The notes below the pieces were generated by a model. The model saw only the letters and a list, made by a program, of their open reading frames with translations, was not told the origin of the DNA and ran no database searches. A program made the translations under genes and the position numbers. Below are positions 10,653 through 20,478 of a stretch of 55,519 bases of DNA, in pieces; the first letter of the stretch is position 1, and the number at the start of each line of letters is the position of its first letter. Source of the stretch: Opitutia bacterium (GTDB lineage: Bacteria > Verrucomicrobiota > Verrucomicrobiia > Opitutales > T3Sed10-336); the NCBI GenBank assembly GCA_050506795.1, contig JBJHCF010000035.1, forward strand, positions 1-55,519, given 5' to 3'.

Positions 10653-12017
10653 TCATGGGCTATCGGTTGCCGGCAGGGCGATGGGTTCGGCGGTGGCGCC
10701 GGGGGCCGGTTCAATGTTCAGCAGGCGGGCAACGGTGGGGTGAAGTTGCAGGGAGTGGACGGGACCTAGGTCCACTCCGCCCAGCGGTTCGGGGTGGCGT
10801 TGGAAGAGAGCGACGGTTTTCATGTTCGGGTCTTCGCGTGGATCGTAACCGTGCATCCCGAGGGGCCCGCCGGCTTCGGCGGCGTTCGCGGTCAATTCCG
10901 CCGGGGTGCGGCTGAAGCTGTATCCGGGGTCGAGCACCAGCACCAGGTCGCCGGTGCGACCGGGGTGGTTGTAGGCCCATTCCGGGGGAAGAGTGTCGCG
11001 GGTGTAGGCCCGGACGAAGGGATACTCGTCGATGCGATCGATGACCGCGGCGGCCAGGGTTTCCATTTCCGGTGACTCCGTTTCTGAGCTCAGATACAGG
11101 TGGGCCACGTTTCCTCCGAACATCAGCAATCCGTCGTCCGCCTGCTCGAGGCCGGCCAGCCGGTCCGGGTGGACGAGGGTGTGCACGGGGCTCATGCCGT
11201 GGTCGGAGGTGACGATGAAATAAAACCGGTCTTGCGGCCGCATGCGTTGGTCCCACGCCTCAACCAAGCGGTCGTAGTGCCGGCCGAGGAGGGCATCGAT
11301 TTCCTCCATCGCCTCGATGACGGCATCCGAGTCGGGTCCGAGGCGGTGGCCGGGAGCGTCGGGTCCGACCGCGTATCCCATAATCAGCCGAAAGGGCTCA
11401 TCGGCGTCGTCGTTTGCCCAGTACTCGAACGGTCGCGCCAGGCGTGCGGCGTTATCGAGGTCCCGCCGGTAGGCGGGGTCGAAGATTTCCGCGGCGTTGG
11501 GACCGGTCTGATCGTGGGCCAGAACCCAGTCGAGGGAAATCACCCGCAGGTTCTGCCGCGCGGCGGTGTTCCAGATCGGCTCGGCCTGCAGCAGGCGGGA
11601 ATCGCTGGGGTAGTGGTGTTGTTCGCCGGTTTCCCGATCGTAGAACCGGTTCATGGGGATGCCGTGTTCGCGCACCGGAACTCCGGTGGCCTGGGAAACA
11701 TGCACCGGAAAGGTGAATGAGGGAAAGACCACCTCGTGTTCCCGGCTGAAGGCCCCTTCGTTCATGAGGCGGTCAAAGAAGGGCGTGTTGCCCCGATCGA
11801 GGTAGTCCGGACGAATCCCGTCGATGCTGATCCAGAACACCGCCGTGACCGGTTCGATGTTCCTGGTTTCCTCACGACCGAACCGTTGTGCCTCGCCGGG
11901 CGTAATGTGTTGTTCGCCGAGTCCGGGCGGGACGCGTTGCTGGATCAGCATGAGGGCGATGCCGCCCGCCAGGAATGCGGTCAGCAGGCCGAGAAATATC
12001 AGATCTTTCTTTTTCAT
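10653..12017 (-). CDS. Alkaline phosphatase superfamily nucleotide pyrophosphatase/phosphodiesterase
   Basis: ISIDGIRPDY, FPSFTFPVH (catalytic Thr), PDAPGH, TSDHGM, GMHGYD; N-terminal membrane anchor. Confidence 0.9.
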   Translation of the reverse strand: MKKKDLIFLGLLTAFLAGGIALMLIQQRVPPGLGEQHITPGEAQRFGREETRNIEPVTAVFWISIDGIRPDYLDRGNTPFFDRLMNEGAFSREHEVVFPSFTFPVHVSQATGVPVREHGIPMNRFYDRETGEQHHYPSDSRLLQAEPIWNTAARQNLRVISLDWVLAHDQTGPNAAEIFDPAYRRDLDNAARLARPFEYWANDDADEPFRLIMGYAVGPDAPGHRLGPDSDAVIEAMEEIDALLGRHYDRLVEAWDQRMRPQDRFYFIVTSDHGMSPVHTLVHPDRLAGLEQADDGLLMFGGNVAHLYLSSETESPEMETLAAAVIDRIDEYPFVRAYTRDTLPPEWAYNHPGRTGDLVLVLDPGYSFSRTPAELTANAAEAGGPLGMHGYDPREDPNMKTVALFQRHPEPLGGVDLGPVHSLQLHPTVARLLNIEPAPGATAEPIALPATDSP

Positions 12018-12206
12018 GAATCGATTCCGGAAACGGCAACCGGCTTCCGGTCTTCGGAGCCGAGGATCCTATCCGCTCTGCCGCCGTGGAAACAACGTCG
12101 AAAAATCCGCCGCGGCAACCTTTTCCGCAGGCCTATTTGCCTTGTAATCCGGCGGAACCGGAGGGAATCGCTTTTAATTGGGCGTTGATTGGGGTACGAT
12201 AATCGA

Positions 12207-13055
12207 ATGACTGAGACTCAAACCGGACGACGCTTGTCGGCCTGGCGGATCATTCGTTTTTTTGTCGTTGTTTATGCGGGGTTGGTGATTCTTATGGGAT
12301 GCTTCCAGCGCAGTTACATCTACTATCCGGCAACCGAAGAAATGTCGTTGCTGGAGGCCGCGGCGGAACGGGAGGGATTGGTGCCCTGGCGGTTGGCTGA
12401 TGGCGAGGCTGCCGGTTGGCGGCCGTTGGACCGGGGCGACGGGCCGCGCATGGTGGTTTTTCATGGCAATGCCGGGTACGCGCTGTACCGGACTTATTAT
12501 CCGCAATTCTTTTCCTGGGCCGAGAACGGGGATGAGTGGGAGGTACTTCTGTTCGAGTACCCGGGGTACGGCGCTCGGGATGGACGTCCTTCGGAGAAAA
12601 ACTTCGTCGAAAGCGCGCGGGCGGCGGTGCGGGACCTTTTGGAGGAAGAGCCGGACCGACCGTTGTATCTGCTGGGAGAATCCCTCGGCAGCGGAGTGGC
12701 CGGCTGGATTGCGGGCGAGAGTCCCGACGATATCGACGGCCTGCTGATGGTGACGCCCTTCACTTCGCTGGCCGACGTTGGCTCGGCGCACTTCCCCTAT
12801 CTCCCGGTGCGGCTTCTGCTGCGCGATCGATATGATTCGGTCGAACACCTGCGTGATTACTCCGGACCCATGGCGGTGCTGCTGGCTGCCGGCGATCGTG
12901 TGGTCCCCGCCAGACTTGGCCGGGAGCTGTACGAAGGGTATTCCGGGCCAAAACGTCTGTGGGAAATCGAGGGCGCCGATCACAACACTCTGTTTGACCG
13001 CACCGGAAGCGATCTTTGGGAGGAGATCCTGAGCTTCCTGCTGAATGGCGAGTGA
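12207..13055 (+). CDS. Membrane-anchored alpha/beta hydrolase (ABHD/BEM46-like)
   Basis: FHGNAG, EYPGYG..G.PSE, GESLGSG, DRVVP, GADHN. Confidence 0.85.
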   Translation: MTETQTGRRLSAWRIIRFFVVVYAGLVILMGCFQRSYIYYPATEEMSLLEAAAEREGLVPWRLADGEAAGWRPLDRGDGPRMVVFHGNAGYALYRTYYPQFFSWAENGDEWEVLLFEYPGYGARDGRPSEKNFVESARAAVRDLLEEEPDRPLYLLGESLGSGVAGWIAGESPDDIDGLLMVTPFTSLADVGSAHFPYLPVRLLLRDRYDSVEHLRDYSGPMAVLLAAGDRVVPARLGRELYEGYSGPKRLWEIEGADHNTLFDRTGSDLWEEILSFLLNGE

Positions 13056-13088
13056 CCTGGCGTTTGCCCCGCTTTCGGCGGCAGGCGA

Positions 13089-14036
13089 TCAGTCCGCCTG
13101 CTCGGCCAGCCAGCGTTCCGCTTCGATCGCTGCCTGGCATCCCATTCCGGCCGCGGTGATGGCCTGGCGGTACACGTGATCGACGCAGTCTCCGCAGGCG
13201 TAGACCCCGGGCAATTTGGTTTTTATCTGACTGCCGCTGACCGGCACAATGTAGCCGTTTTCATCAAGATCCAGCACTCCTTCGAACGGTTGGGTGTTGG
13301 GGATATGCCCGATGGCGATGAAGACTCCCTTGCACTCAAGTTCGCTGACTTTGTCTGTTTTGCGGTTGCGCAGCCTTACGCCGCGCACGGCTTTGTCTTC
13401 CGCGCCAAGGATATCCTCCACCACGGTGTCCCACAAAACCTCGATCTTTTCATGGGCCAGTACGCGGTCCCGCATGATCTGCGAGGCGCGCAATTCATCG
13501 CGGCGGTGGATCAGCGTGACTTTGGAGCAGAAACGGGTCAGGAAAAGGGCTTCCTCGCAGGCGGAGTCGCCGCCGCCGACCACTACGACGTCCATGTTGC
13601 GGTAGAAGGCGCCGTCGCAGGTGGCGCAGGTGGTCACCCCGCCGCCGCCAAACAGTTGTTTCTCCGAGTCCAGGCCCAGCAGACGCGGGGAGGCTCCAGT
13701 GGAGATAATGACGGTGTGAGCCCGGAACTCCTTTTCCGCGGTGGAGACCAGGTAGGGTCTCTGGGTGAAATCGACCTTATTGACGCGCCCTTGCAGGAAT
13801 CGGGTGCCGAAGCGTTTGGCTTGTTTCCGCATCTGATCCATCAGGGTGAATCCGTCGATACCGCTTTCGAATCCGGGGTAGTTCTCAACCTCCGAGGTCG
13901 TTGTCAATTGACCACCCGGCTGATCCCCTTCGATCACCAGAGGTTCCAGGTTGGCCCGCGCGGTGTAGATGGCCGCGGTCAAACCGGCGCAGCCGGTTCC
14001 GATAATGACCACGTTTTCAGTGGGAATGTCGCTCAT
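13089..14036 (-). CDS. trxB: Thioredoxin-disulfide reductase
   Basis: Start ATG 14036 (MSDIPTE). [42 protein letters not shown]. Confidence 0.96.
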   Translation of the reverse strand: MSDIPTENVVIIGTGCAGLTAAIYTARANLEPLVIEGDQPGGQLTTTSEVENYPGFESGIDGFTLMDQMRKQAKRFGTRFLQGRVNKVDFTQRPYLVSTAEKEFRAHTVIISTGASPRLLGLDSEKQLFGGGGVTTCATCDGAFYRNMDVVVVGGGDSACEEALFLTRFCSKVTLIHRRDELRASQIMRDRVLAHEKIEVLWDTVVEDILGAEDKAVRGVRLRNRKTDKVSELECKGVFIAIGHIPNTQPFEGVLDLDENGYIVPVSGSQIKTKLPGVYACGDCVDHVYRQAITAAGMGCQAAIEAERWLAEQAD

Positions 14037-14159
14037 AGGCCGTCCAGCTAAGAGGAGTTTGGGGGAAGTGAGAAGGTAAAAGTTGAACGGAATAGGGAAC
14101 CGTCCGCCTTTCCGTTTCTGCTTTATTTTCGGAGTGATCCGAACAGAATACGACCAGAG

Positions 14160-14828
14160 ATGGCCACCAGCACCGTAGAGAACTACATCAAACACATTTA
14201 CCTGGAGGAGCAGCGGGTCGAGGGAGACCCGGTTCCCATGGGAAAACTGGCGGCGGCGCTGAAGGTTTTTCCCGGGACGGCCACCACCATGATCAAGTCG
14301 CTGGCCGAAGCCAACCTGGTCAATTACGAGGCCCGGGTGGGAGTGCGTTTGACCGAAAGTGGGCGCAAGCTGGCCCTGCATGTGCTTCGCCGGCATCGGG
14401 TGATCGAGCTGTTCCTGGTCAAAGTGCTGGACATGAACTGGTCTGAGGTTCACGAGGAGGCGGAAAACCTGGAGCACGTCATTTCGGATGAAGTTCTCGG
14501 GCGTATGGAAAAACACCTGGGGTATCCCACGGTGGACCCACACGGGGATCCCATCCCCAATCCCAAGGGCGAGCTGGACGAACGCGAGTTGGTCAATCTG
14601 ACCGAGTGTGGCGTCAACAGCACCGTGATCATCGGCCGAGTTCTGGACCAGGAGGCTGAGTTCCTGCGCTTCCTGGAAAAGAACGGGCTGGAACTGGGCG
14701 TGAAGGCCGAGGTACTGGGCATGGATACGGTGGGGCAGACGCTTACGCTACGGGTTGCCGACGGGAATACGGTGACGGTCAGCCTGACGGTGGCCAAAAA
14801 AATCGAGGTCGAGCGTACCGGCCGGTAG
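14160..14828 (+). CDS. DtxR/MntR family metal-dependent repressor with FeoA-like C-terminal domain
   Basis: [35 protein letters not shown]. Confidence 0.92.
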   Translation: MATSTVENYIKHIYLEEQRVEGDPVPMGKLAAALKVFPGTATTMIKSLAEANLVNYEARVGVRLTESGRKLALHVLRRHRVIELFLVKVLDMNWSEVHEEAENLEHVISDEVLGRMEKHLGYPTVDPHGDPIPNPKGELDERELVNLTECGVNSTVIIGRVLDQEAEFLRFLEKNGLELGVKAEVLGMDTVGQTLTLRVADGNTVTVSLTVAKKIEVERTGR

Positions 14829-14832
14829 GCTG

Positions 14833-16635
14833 CTAGAATTTCCAGAAGATCGGAATAATCAGCATCGCCCCGACGAAGTAGAGCAGGTTCAGCGGCACGC
14901 CGACTTTGGTGAAATCTGTGAAACGGTAGCCGCCGACGCCGTAAACGTAGGTGTTGGTCTGGTAACCGATGGGGGTCGAAAAACTCGCCGATGCGGCGAT
15001 GGCGACCGCGATAAGGAAGGGACGGGGGTCCACATGCAGGGACTCGGCCAGGCCAATGGCCAGCACGGCCACCAGCAGGGCGGCGGCATTGTTGGACAGG
15101 ATTTCGGTGAGAATATTCGTCAGGAGGTAGATACAGGCCAGGATGAAATAGGGCTGCATGGATTCCGGGATATACGCTTTAACGAAGCCGATGAGGTTCC
15201 ACGCCAGATAGGCCGATGCTCCCGTTTCCTCCATGGCGATGCCCATGCCGAGCATACCGAAAATGATGAAGAGAATGCTCCATTGGATGGAGGCGTAACC
15301 TTCCGTGGGCTTTAGGCACCCGCTTAGAAAAATGATGACCACCCCGACCACCGCGGCGACTTCGATTGGCAGAATTCCGGTGCTCGCGGTGAACACTACG
15401 CCGGCGATGGTTCCCAGGACGATGGGAATTTTCCGCCGCATGTTTTGGGCCGGGATCGGCGGCCGGTCGATCAGCATGATGTCTTCGGCATTCCGGAGAT
15501 TATTGACCGCGCGATCCGTTCCCAGCATGAGGAGTGTATCGCCGAATTCCATACGGAGGGTCTCCAGTTGTTCCCGGACGTTGCGACCGCGACGGTGGAT
15601 GGCGAGAATGATGACCCGGTAGCGCTGCCGAAAATTGATTTCCCGGACGGTTTTGCCGATCAGGGGGGAGTTCACGCCGATGATCCCTTCCACCAACAAT
15701 CCTTCATGGGCGGCGATCTGCTCGAGGCCCAGTCCGGATTCGGCGACGAAGTCAATGCCTTCAACGTTTCTGGCGTGGGCAATCCCGGAGGGACGGCAGG
15801 CGAGGACCAGCCGGTCGCCGGTGTCGAGGTCGATGCGGTTGAGATCCCCGGGGACCGCAACGCCGTCCCGTACGATTTCCATGATGCGGATGCCTTTGGC
15901 TTTGGTAAGCCCCGATTCCTCTGCCGATTTGCCGACCAGCGGAGAATCGTGCTGGACGAAAGCTTCGGTGATGTATTCCCGGCGTTCGTCTTCCGACAGA
16001 ATCGAAGTGAGGGTTTCGCGAACCGGCAGCAGCTTCCGGCCGAAGAGAATGAGGTACAGGATCCCGATGAAGAGAATGGGCAGCCCGACCTTGCCGATTT
16101 CGAACATGCCGAAGGGATCCAGCCCGCGACTTTGGCCCACGCTGCTCACCAGCAGGTTGGTGCTGGTTCCGATCAGCGTGCAGGTGCCGCCGAAAATGGA
16201 GGCGTAGGACAGGGGGATGAGGAGTTTGGAAGCCGGGACATCCAGTTTTTTGGCCAGGCTCAACACCACGGGCATGAAGACCACTACCACCGGAGTGTTG
16301 TTGATGAAGGCCGAAATGGACGCCACCACCAGGAGCATGAAAAAGACGAACCAGGTGAACCCGAGTCGGGTGAGACCCTCCATGGAACTGGCCAGCGTCT
16401 CGATAACCCCGCATTTGCTCAGGGCGGCGCTGAGGATGAACATGGCGCCGACCGTGATCGGGGCCGGGTTGGCGAACACATCCCAGGCCCGTTCGTGGGG
16501 CAGCAATCCGGTCAACAGGATGATCGCGAACAGCGTCATGGCGGTCAGGTCGGCGGGGATTTTTTCCCAGGCGAAACTGACCAGGGTCAGCACAAGAAGG
16601 ACGTAGACGGCGACTATTTCGGGAGTCAGTTCCAT
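14833..16635 (-). CDS. SLC13/DASS family permease with two TrkA-C domains
   Basis: SAFINNTPVV, GGTCTLIGTSTNL, LTEILSNNA, STPIGYQTN, GGYRFTDF; many TM segments. Confidence 0.9.
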   Translation of the reverse strand: MELTPEIVAVYVLLVLTLVSFAWEKIPADLTAMTLFAIILLTGLLPHERAWDVFANPAPITVGAMFILSAALSKCGVIETLASSMEGLTRLGFTWFVFFMLLVVASISAFINNTPVVVVFMPVVLSLAKKLDVPASKLLIPLSYASIFGGTCTLIGTSTNLLVSSVGQSRGLDPFGMFEIGKVGLPILFIGILYLILFGRKLLPVRETLTSILSEDERREYITEAFVQHDSPLVGKSAEESGLTKAKGIRIMEIVRDGVAVPGDLNRIDLDTGDRLVLACRPSGIAHARNVEGIDFVAESGLGLEQIAAHEGLLVEGIIGVNSPLIGKTVREINFRQRYRVIILAIHRRGRNVREQLETLRMEFGDTLLMLGTDRAVNNLRNAEDIMLIDRPPIPAQNMRRKIPIVLGTIAGVVFTASTGILPIEVAAVVGVVIIFLSGCLKPTEGYASIQWSILFIIFGMLGMGIAMEETGASAYLAWNLIGFVKAYIPESMQPYFILACIYLLTNILTEILSNNAAALLVAVLAIGLAESLHVDPRPFLIAVAIAASASFSTPIGYQTNTYVYGVGGYRFTDFTKVGVPLNLLYFVGAMLIIPIFWKF

Positions 16636-16759
16636 GGATGGAGAAGCGGCCGCGGGAGCGGATCAGGATTCGGGCGGCTGGGCCGGGGCGAGGGTATTCG
16701 TCCGAGTTGGGGAGACTCTACCGCAAGCAGCCTTTGCGCGTGGAGGACAGCGACTCACT

Positions 16760-17839
16760 TCAGGAGTTTCGCGAACGGTTGGTCTGCGCCGAACCGGATT
16801 TTTCCGGCTCTTCCGTGGCCATGGTTTGTTCGCCTTCGCTACCTGGCGCCGGTTCCGCGGGAGGAGGGGCCGGCTCCTCCTCTGCGTAAACCCCCATGGA
16901 ACGGAATTTCTCGTAACGTTTGTCCAGAAGCTCCTTCGACGATAAACGGCTGAGGCGGGGCAAATGGATCTTCAGGGCGTTCTTGAGAGTGGCGAAACAT
17001 TCCTCGGGTGAGTTGTGGCCTCCGCCAAAAGGTTCCTCCAGCACTTCGTCCACAATTTCCAGCCTGAGTAGGTCCTGGGCGCCGAGCTTCAAAGCTTCGG
17101 CCGCCTGCGGCGAATTGGCACGGTCCTTCCAGAGAATCGCGGCGCACCCTTCCGGTGAAATGACCGAGTAGTAGGCGTTTTCAAAAATCAGAACCCGGTC
17201 GGCGACCCCGATGCCGAGCGCTCCACCGGATCCCCCTTCGCCGATCACGATGGAGACGATGGGGACTTTGAGGATGCTCATTTCCCTGATGTTGACCGCG
17301 ATGGCCTCGGCCACATGACGTTCTTCGGAAGCGATTCCCGGAAACGCTCCCGGGGTGTCGATGAGAGTCACGATCGGTAAATTAAAGCGCTCCGCGGCTT
17401 TCATCAGCCTAAGCGCTTTGCGGTACCCCTCGGGATGGGGGCAACCGAAATTGCGCCTGAGGTTTTCCTTGGTGTCGCGGCCTTTTTGCTGGCCGATGAC
17501 CATCACGGCGCGCCCCTGAAAGAAGGCGGGTCCACCAATAATGGCCTGGTCATCCCCGAAAACGCGGTCGCCGTGTAATTCCTGGAAATCCTGAAACACC
17601 GCGCCGATATAATCCAGCGCGTAGGGGCGCTTGGGGTGCCGGGCGATCTGTACTTTCTGCCAGGCGTTGAGGTTCGAATAGAGGCTGCGCTTGGTCGCCT
17701 CGATCTTTTTTTCGATCGCAGCGATTTCCTCCGAGACATCGACCTTGTTTTCCAACGAGAGTTGATTCAGGGCCTCCAATTGGCGGTCCAGGTCGCGCAA
17801 AGGTTTTTCGAACTCGAGAATGTACTCGGATTTCTCCAT
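16760..17839 (-). CDS. accA: Acetyl-CoA carboxylase carboxyltransferase alpha subunit
   Basis: LEFEKP, ARHPKRP, ELHGDR, PEGYRKALR, GEGGSGGALG, YSVISPEGCA. Confidence 0.97.
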   Translation of the reverse strand: MEKSEYILEFEKPLRDLDRQLEALNQLSLENKVDVSEEIAAIEKKIEATKRSLYSNLNAWQKVQIARHPKRPYALDYIGAVFQDFQELHGDRVFGDDQAIIGGPAFFQGRAVMVIGQQKGRDTKENLRRNFGCPHPEGYRKALRLMKAAERFNLPIVTLIDTPGAFPGIASEERHVAEAIAVNIREMSILKVPIVSIVIGEGGSGGALGIGVADRVLIFENAYYSVISPEGCAAILWKDRANSPQAAEALKLGAQDLLRLEIVDEVLEEPFGGGHNSPEECFATLKNALKIHLPRLSRLSSKELLDKRYEKFRSMGVYAEEEPAPPPAEPAPGSEGEQTMATEEPEKSGSAQTNRSRNS

Positions 17840-17912
17840 TTAGGTACCGAGAATTATGGGTTTGGCGAGGGTTGTCAATAAACGCGGTTCACCGGGATCG
17901 GTTCGATCTTCC

Positions 17913-18281
17913 TTAGCGGTCCGCTGCGGTCGATTCTCCCGGACTTTCATTTTCCAGCTCGTTTTTCCATCCCAGCATCCTGGCCTGGGCTCCGTGCTTC
18001 TCCGCGGTGGCCTTGTCGCCTTTCTCCATGTAGATGCGGGATAAGCTGGTATGGATGTGGATGTCGTCGGGTCGGAGAGCCAGCGCTTTCTCCGCCGCGT
18101 CGCGGGCGTCGTCGAACGCCCGCTCGCTGAAATGAACCTCGCACTTGGCATGCCAGGCTTCAAAACAACGGGGATCGGCGGCCAGGGCGCGCTCGAGTTT
18201 TTCCAGAGCGGCGCGGTTTTCACCCATGGTGAAATCAAAAGTGGCTTCCTCCACCAGTTCCTGTAATTCATCCGGCGACAT
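17913..18281 (-). CDS. Small TPR protein
   Basis: Start ATG 18281 (MSPDELQ); TPR-like helices (ALAADP, ALALRPDD, HTSLSRIY). Confidence 0.75.
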   Translation of the reverse strand: MSPDELQELVEEATFDFTMGENRAALEKLERALAADPRCFEAWHAKCEVHFSERAFDDARDAAEKALALRPDDIHIHTSLSRIYMEKGDKATAEKHGAQARMLGWKNELENESPGESTAADR

Positions 18282-18367
18282 ACGTACCCCGAGGCTCGCC
18301 GTCGCCGGACCCGTTGTCAAGCGACACGCCAGGTTCGTCTCGGCATCGCGCCGGAAACGGTTCCCGG

Positions 18368-19870
18368 TCATCCCAGGGCCTGTCCCAGCCCCTGGATGAT
18401 TTCTTCAACGGGTTCGGCGCCGATGCTGAGCCGTATCAGGTCGGGATTGATCCCCCGGGACTCCAGGTGCCGGCGTCCTTCGGGGGTTGATGCCAGATCG
18501 TAGTGGGCGAGGTACATGAAAGGGCACATCATGGTGAACCCGGTGCCGAAACTCGGTCCCTTTACGAACGGCGCGGCGTCGTAGAAATCGGCCAGCGGCA
18601 TGGCCAGGTCCAGGGTGAGAATACCTCCGGGCCGGTCGGGGTCGCGGGAGAGCGCCCGGTAGTCGGCTGCGTTGCGGTCGCTGCCGGTCCAGTGCAACCG
18701 CTTGATCCGCGGGTGTTTCTCCAGGAATTCCGCCACCGCCAGGGTATTCCGGTTGATTTTTTCCATGATGGCCGCGCTGTCGCCGATCTGGGCCGCCAAC
18801 TGTTCCAGGTCCCGGCGGTAGGGCGGTTCGTGACACTCGCGGGCCAGCCGCAGCCATTCCCGGGCGAAGGGCTTGTGGCGGGGATTAAAAGCGGCCAGCC
18901 CCATCATGACGTCACCGCGGTGCCCGTAATACTTGGTCAGGCTGTGAAGCACGACATCGGCCCAGGGCAGGACATTGACATTATGAAAGCTGGCCAGGGT
19001 CGGATCGACAAAAAGAAGCGCGCCGGTGCGATCACAAAGCTGACGCAAACGCGGCAGGTTCGCCGTTTGCAGGAGCGGGTTGGTGGGGGTTTCCGTAATG
19101 ACGCCGGCGATCCGGTCGCCCTCGCGGGCGAAAATGTCTTCCAATTCGCTGAGATTGGAAGCGTCGGCCAGTGCGATGTGGTCCTCGTCCGGTCCGAGGA
19201 AGGTTTCCAGGATGCGAATGGTGTCGAGATAAAGCCATCCAAGCTGGATCCAAAGCTTTTTCTCCCGAGGACGCTGCAACTCCCGGGCCGCGTGGAAGGC
19301 GGAATAAAAGGCGTTCATTCCGCTGCGGCAAAGGAGGAGGTATTCCGGGTCGGCTTCGGGGCAGGATTCGTGCAGCCCGTTGAGAACGGTTTCGCGGGGG
19401 TCGACGGGAGGTGCGCTTTCGGAATGGACGGAGTCGATAAGGCCGGATTGGAAGAGACAATCCTCGGCCTGGCGCGATGAGATACCACAGCCGGTGTGCT
19501 GGAAGAAACGCTTGGTACGCAGGGCGGTTTCCGCATGGTCTGGCATCCGCACCGCTTGAAGTGGCCCCCAGGGGCGATGGATGGTTTCAACCGGGGAAAG
19601 GAAGCGTCGCAGGCCTTCCGCCGCGTTCACCGAGGGCGCCAGGGCAACAGCGAAATCCCGCCAGCCGAGCTCCCGACGGACGTGCTCGGTGAGCTGTCGC
19701 ACGAAGGTGTGCTCCACGAAGCGGGGGTATCCGATGATCACATGACGTCTGACCGTCGGATCGTTCTCTTCGTAACCGATAACGTCGCGCAGGGTGGGCA
19801 GGCTGCAGCAAACGGCATGGGGGCTGTCGGGAACCCGCGCCCCGACTGGATATGATGGAAACAGTTTCAT
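18368..19870 (-). CDS. PLP-dependent Cys/Met metabolism enzyme, long-form cystathionine gamma-synthase-like
   Basis: Start ATG 19870. SGMNAF, ETPTNPLL, VDPT, HSLTKY (PLP lysine), GDVMMG, IRLSIGAE. Confidence 0.85.
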   Translation of the reverse strand: MKLFPSYPVGARVPDSPHAVCCSLPTLRDVIGYEENDPTVRRHVIIGYPRFVEHTFVRQLTEHVRRELGWRDFAVALAPSVNAAEGLRRFLSPVETIHRPWGPLQAVRMPDHAETALRTKRFFQHTGCGISSRQAEDCLFQSGLIDSVHSESAPPVDPRETVLNGLHESCPEADPEYLLLCRSGMNAFYSAFHAARELQRPREKKLWIQLGWLYLDTIRILETFLGPDEDHIALADASNLSELEDIFAREGDRIAGVITETPTNPLLQTANLPRLRQLCDRTGALLFVDPTLASFHNVNVLPWADVVLHSLTKYYGHRGDVMMGLAAFNPRHKPFAREWLRLARECHEPPYRRDLEQLAAQIGDSAAIMEKINRNTLAVAEFLEKHPRIKRLHWTGSDRNAADYRALSRDPDRPGGILTLDLAMPLADFYDAAPFVKGPSFGTGFTMMCPFMYLAHYDLASTPEGRRHLESRGINPDLIRLSIGAEPVEEIIQGLGQALG

Positions 19871-19895
19871 CAATGGATTTGGACAGCGTCTTAAA

Positions 19896-19944
19896 TCCGA
19901 CCGATCGGTCGGATCGGACCAATCAGATCGATCAGACTGATCCG
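19896..19944 (+). repeat. Degenerate 9-nt tandem repeat (5 units) containing an 18-bp perfect palindrome
   Basis: TCCGACCGA TCGGTCGGA TCGGACCAA TCAGATCGA TCAGACTGA; units 1+2 form TCCGACCGATCGGTCGGA. Confidence 0.7.
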
Positions 19945-19955
19945 CCTCGAACACG

Positions 19956-20171
19956 CTAGAACAGAGACAGCGCCTGAGCGCTTTCCAGCATGATCCAACT
20001 GAAGGCCGCCAGAACCAGGATCAACACCGCATACGCTGCGATTCGCCGGCGACGCATCTTCTTTTCGTAGTGATCCGGGTTGATCCGCTCGCGAAAGCCG
20101 CTCTGCTGCAGAAAACTGACGAACTGCGGGTTCTTGATGTTGTCGTGGGATCCACTCTCGCCCGCCTTCAT
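19956..20171 (-). CDS. Small hypothetical membrane protein
   Basis: MKAGES... with an RRRR patch then one hydrophobic helix; co-oriented with downstream genes; start uncertain. Confidence 0.55.
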   Translation of the reverse strand: MKAGESGSHDNIKNPQFVSFLQQSGFRERINPDHYEKKMRRRRIAAYAVLILVLAAFSWIMLESAQALSLF

Positions 20172-20478
20172 AAGGCCGAAGTTGAACTTTCGGACTTTGA
20201 AGCGTAAGCGGTTTTTTCGAGTGGTGATGTACACGGCGGAAGAGTTCGGTTGGTCGTTTTGTGGCGCTGGTGAATCTATCGTGGTTCACCATTAATGAGT
20301 GTCTCTCCGAAAGGCAAGAGTTCGCCTGGATTTTGAAATCTTTTTTATAGATAATTGGTGTGAGGGAAGTTGAGAGATTGACGCCGTGTGGTGTCCATCT
20401 CGCCGCTTCCGTTGCGGACGGGTTTGACCTCACTCCGCGATTGCCCTTTGCGGCAAATCATCTTTCAATTGCCGGCTT

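Noticed and set aside
14037..14543. Apparent N-terminal extension of TrxB
   Set aside because: It overlaps the divergent DtxR/MntR gene; the TrxB fold starts at ATG 14036.
16760..16890. Pro/Glu-rich C-terminal tail of AccA
   Set aside because: Low-complexity and probably disordered; no evidence for a separate function.
20235..20478. Possible lysine or SAM riboswitch between divergent Met and Lys genes
   Set aside because: No consensus elements of either riboswitch on either strand; only a short hairpin.
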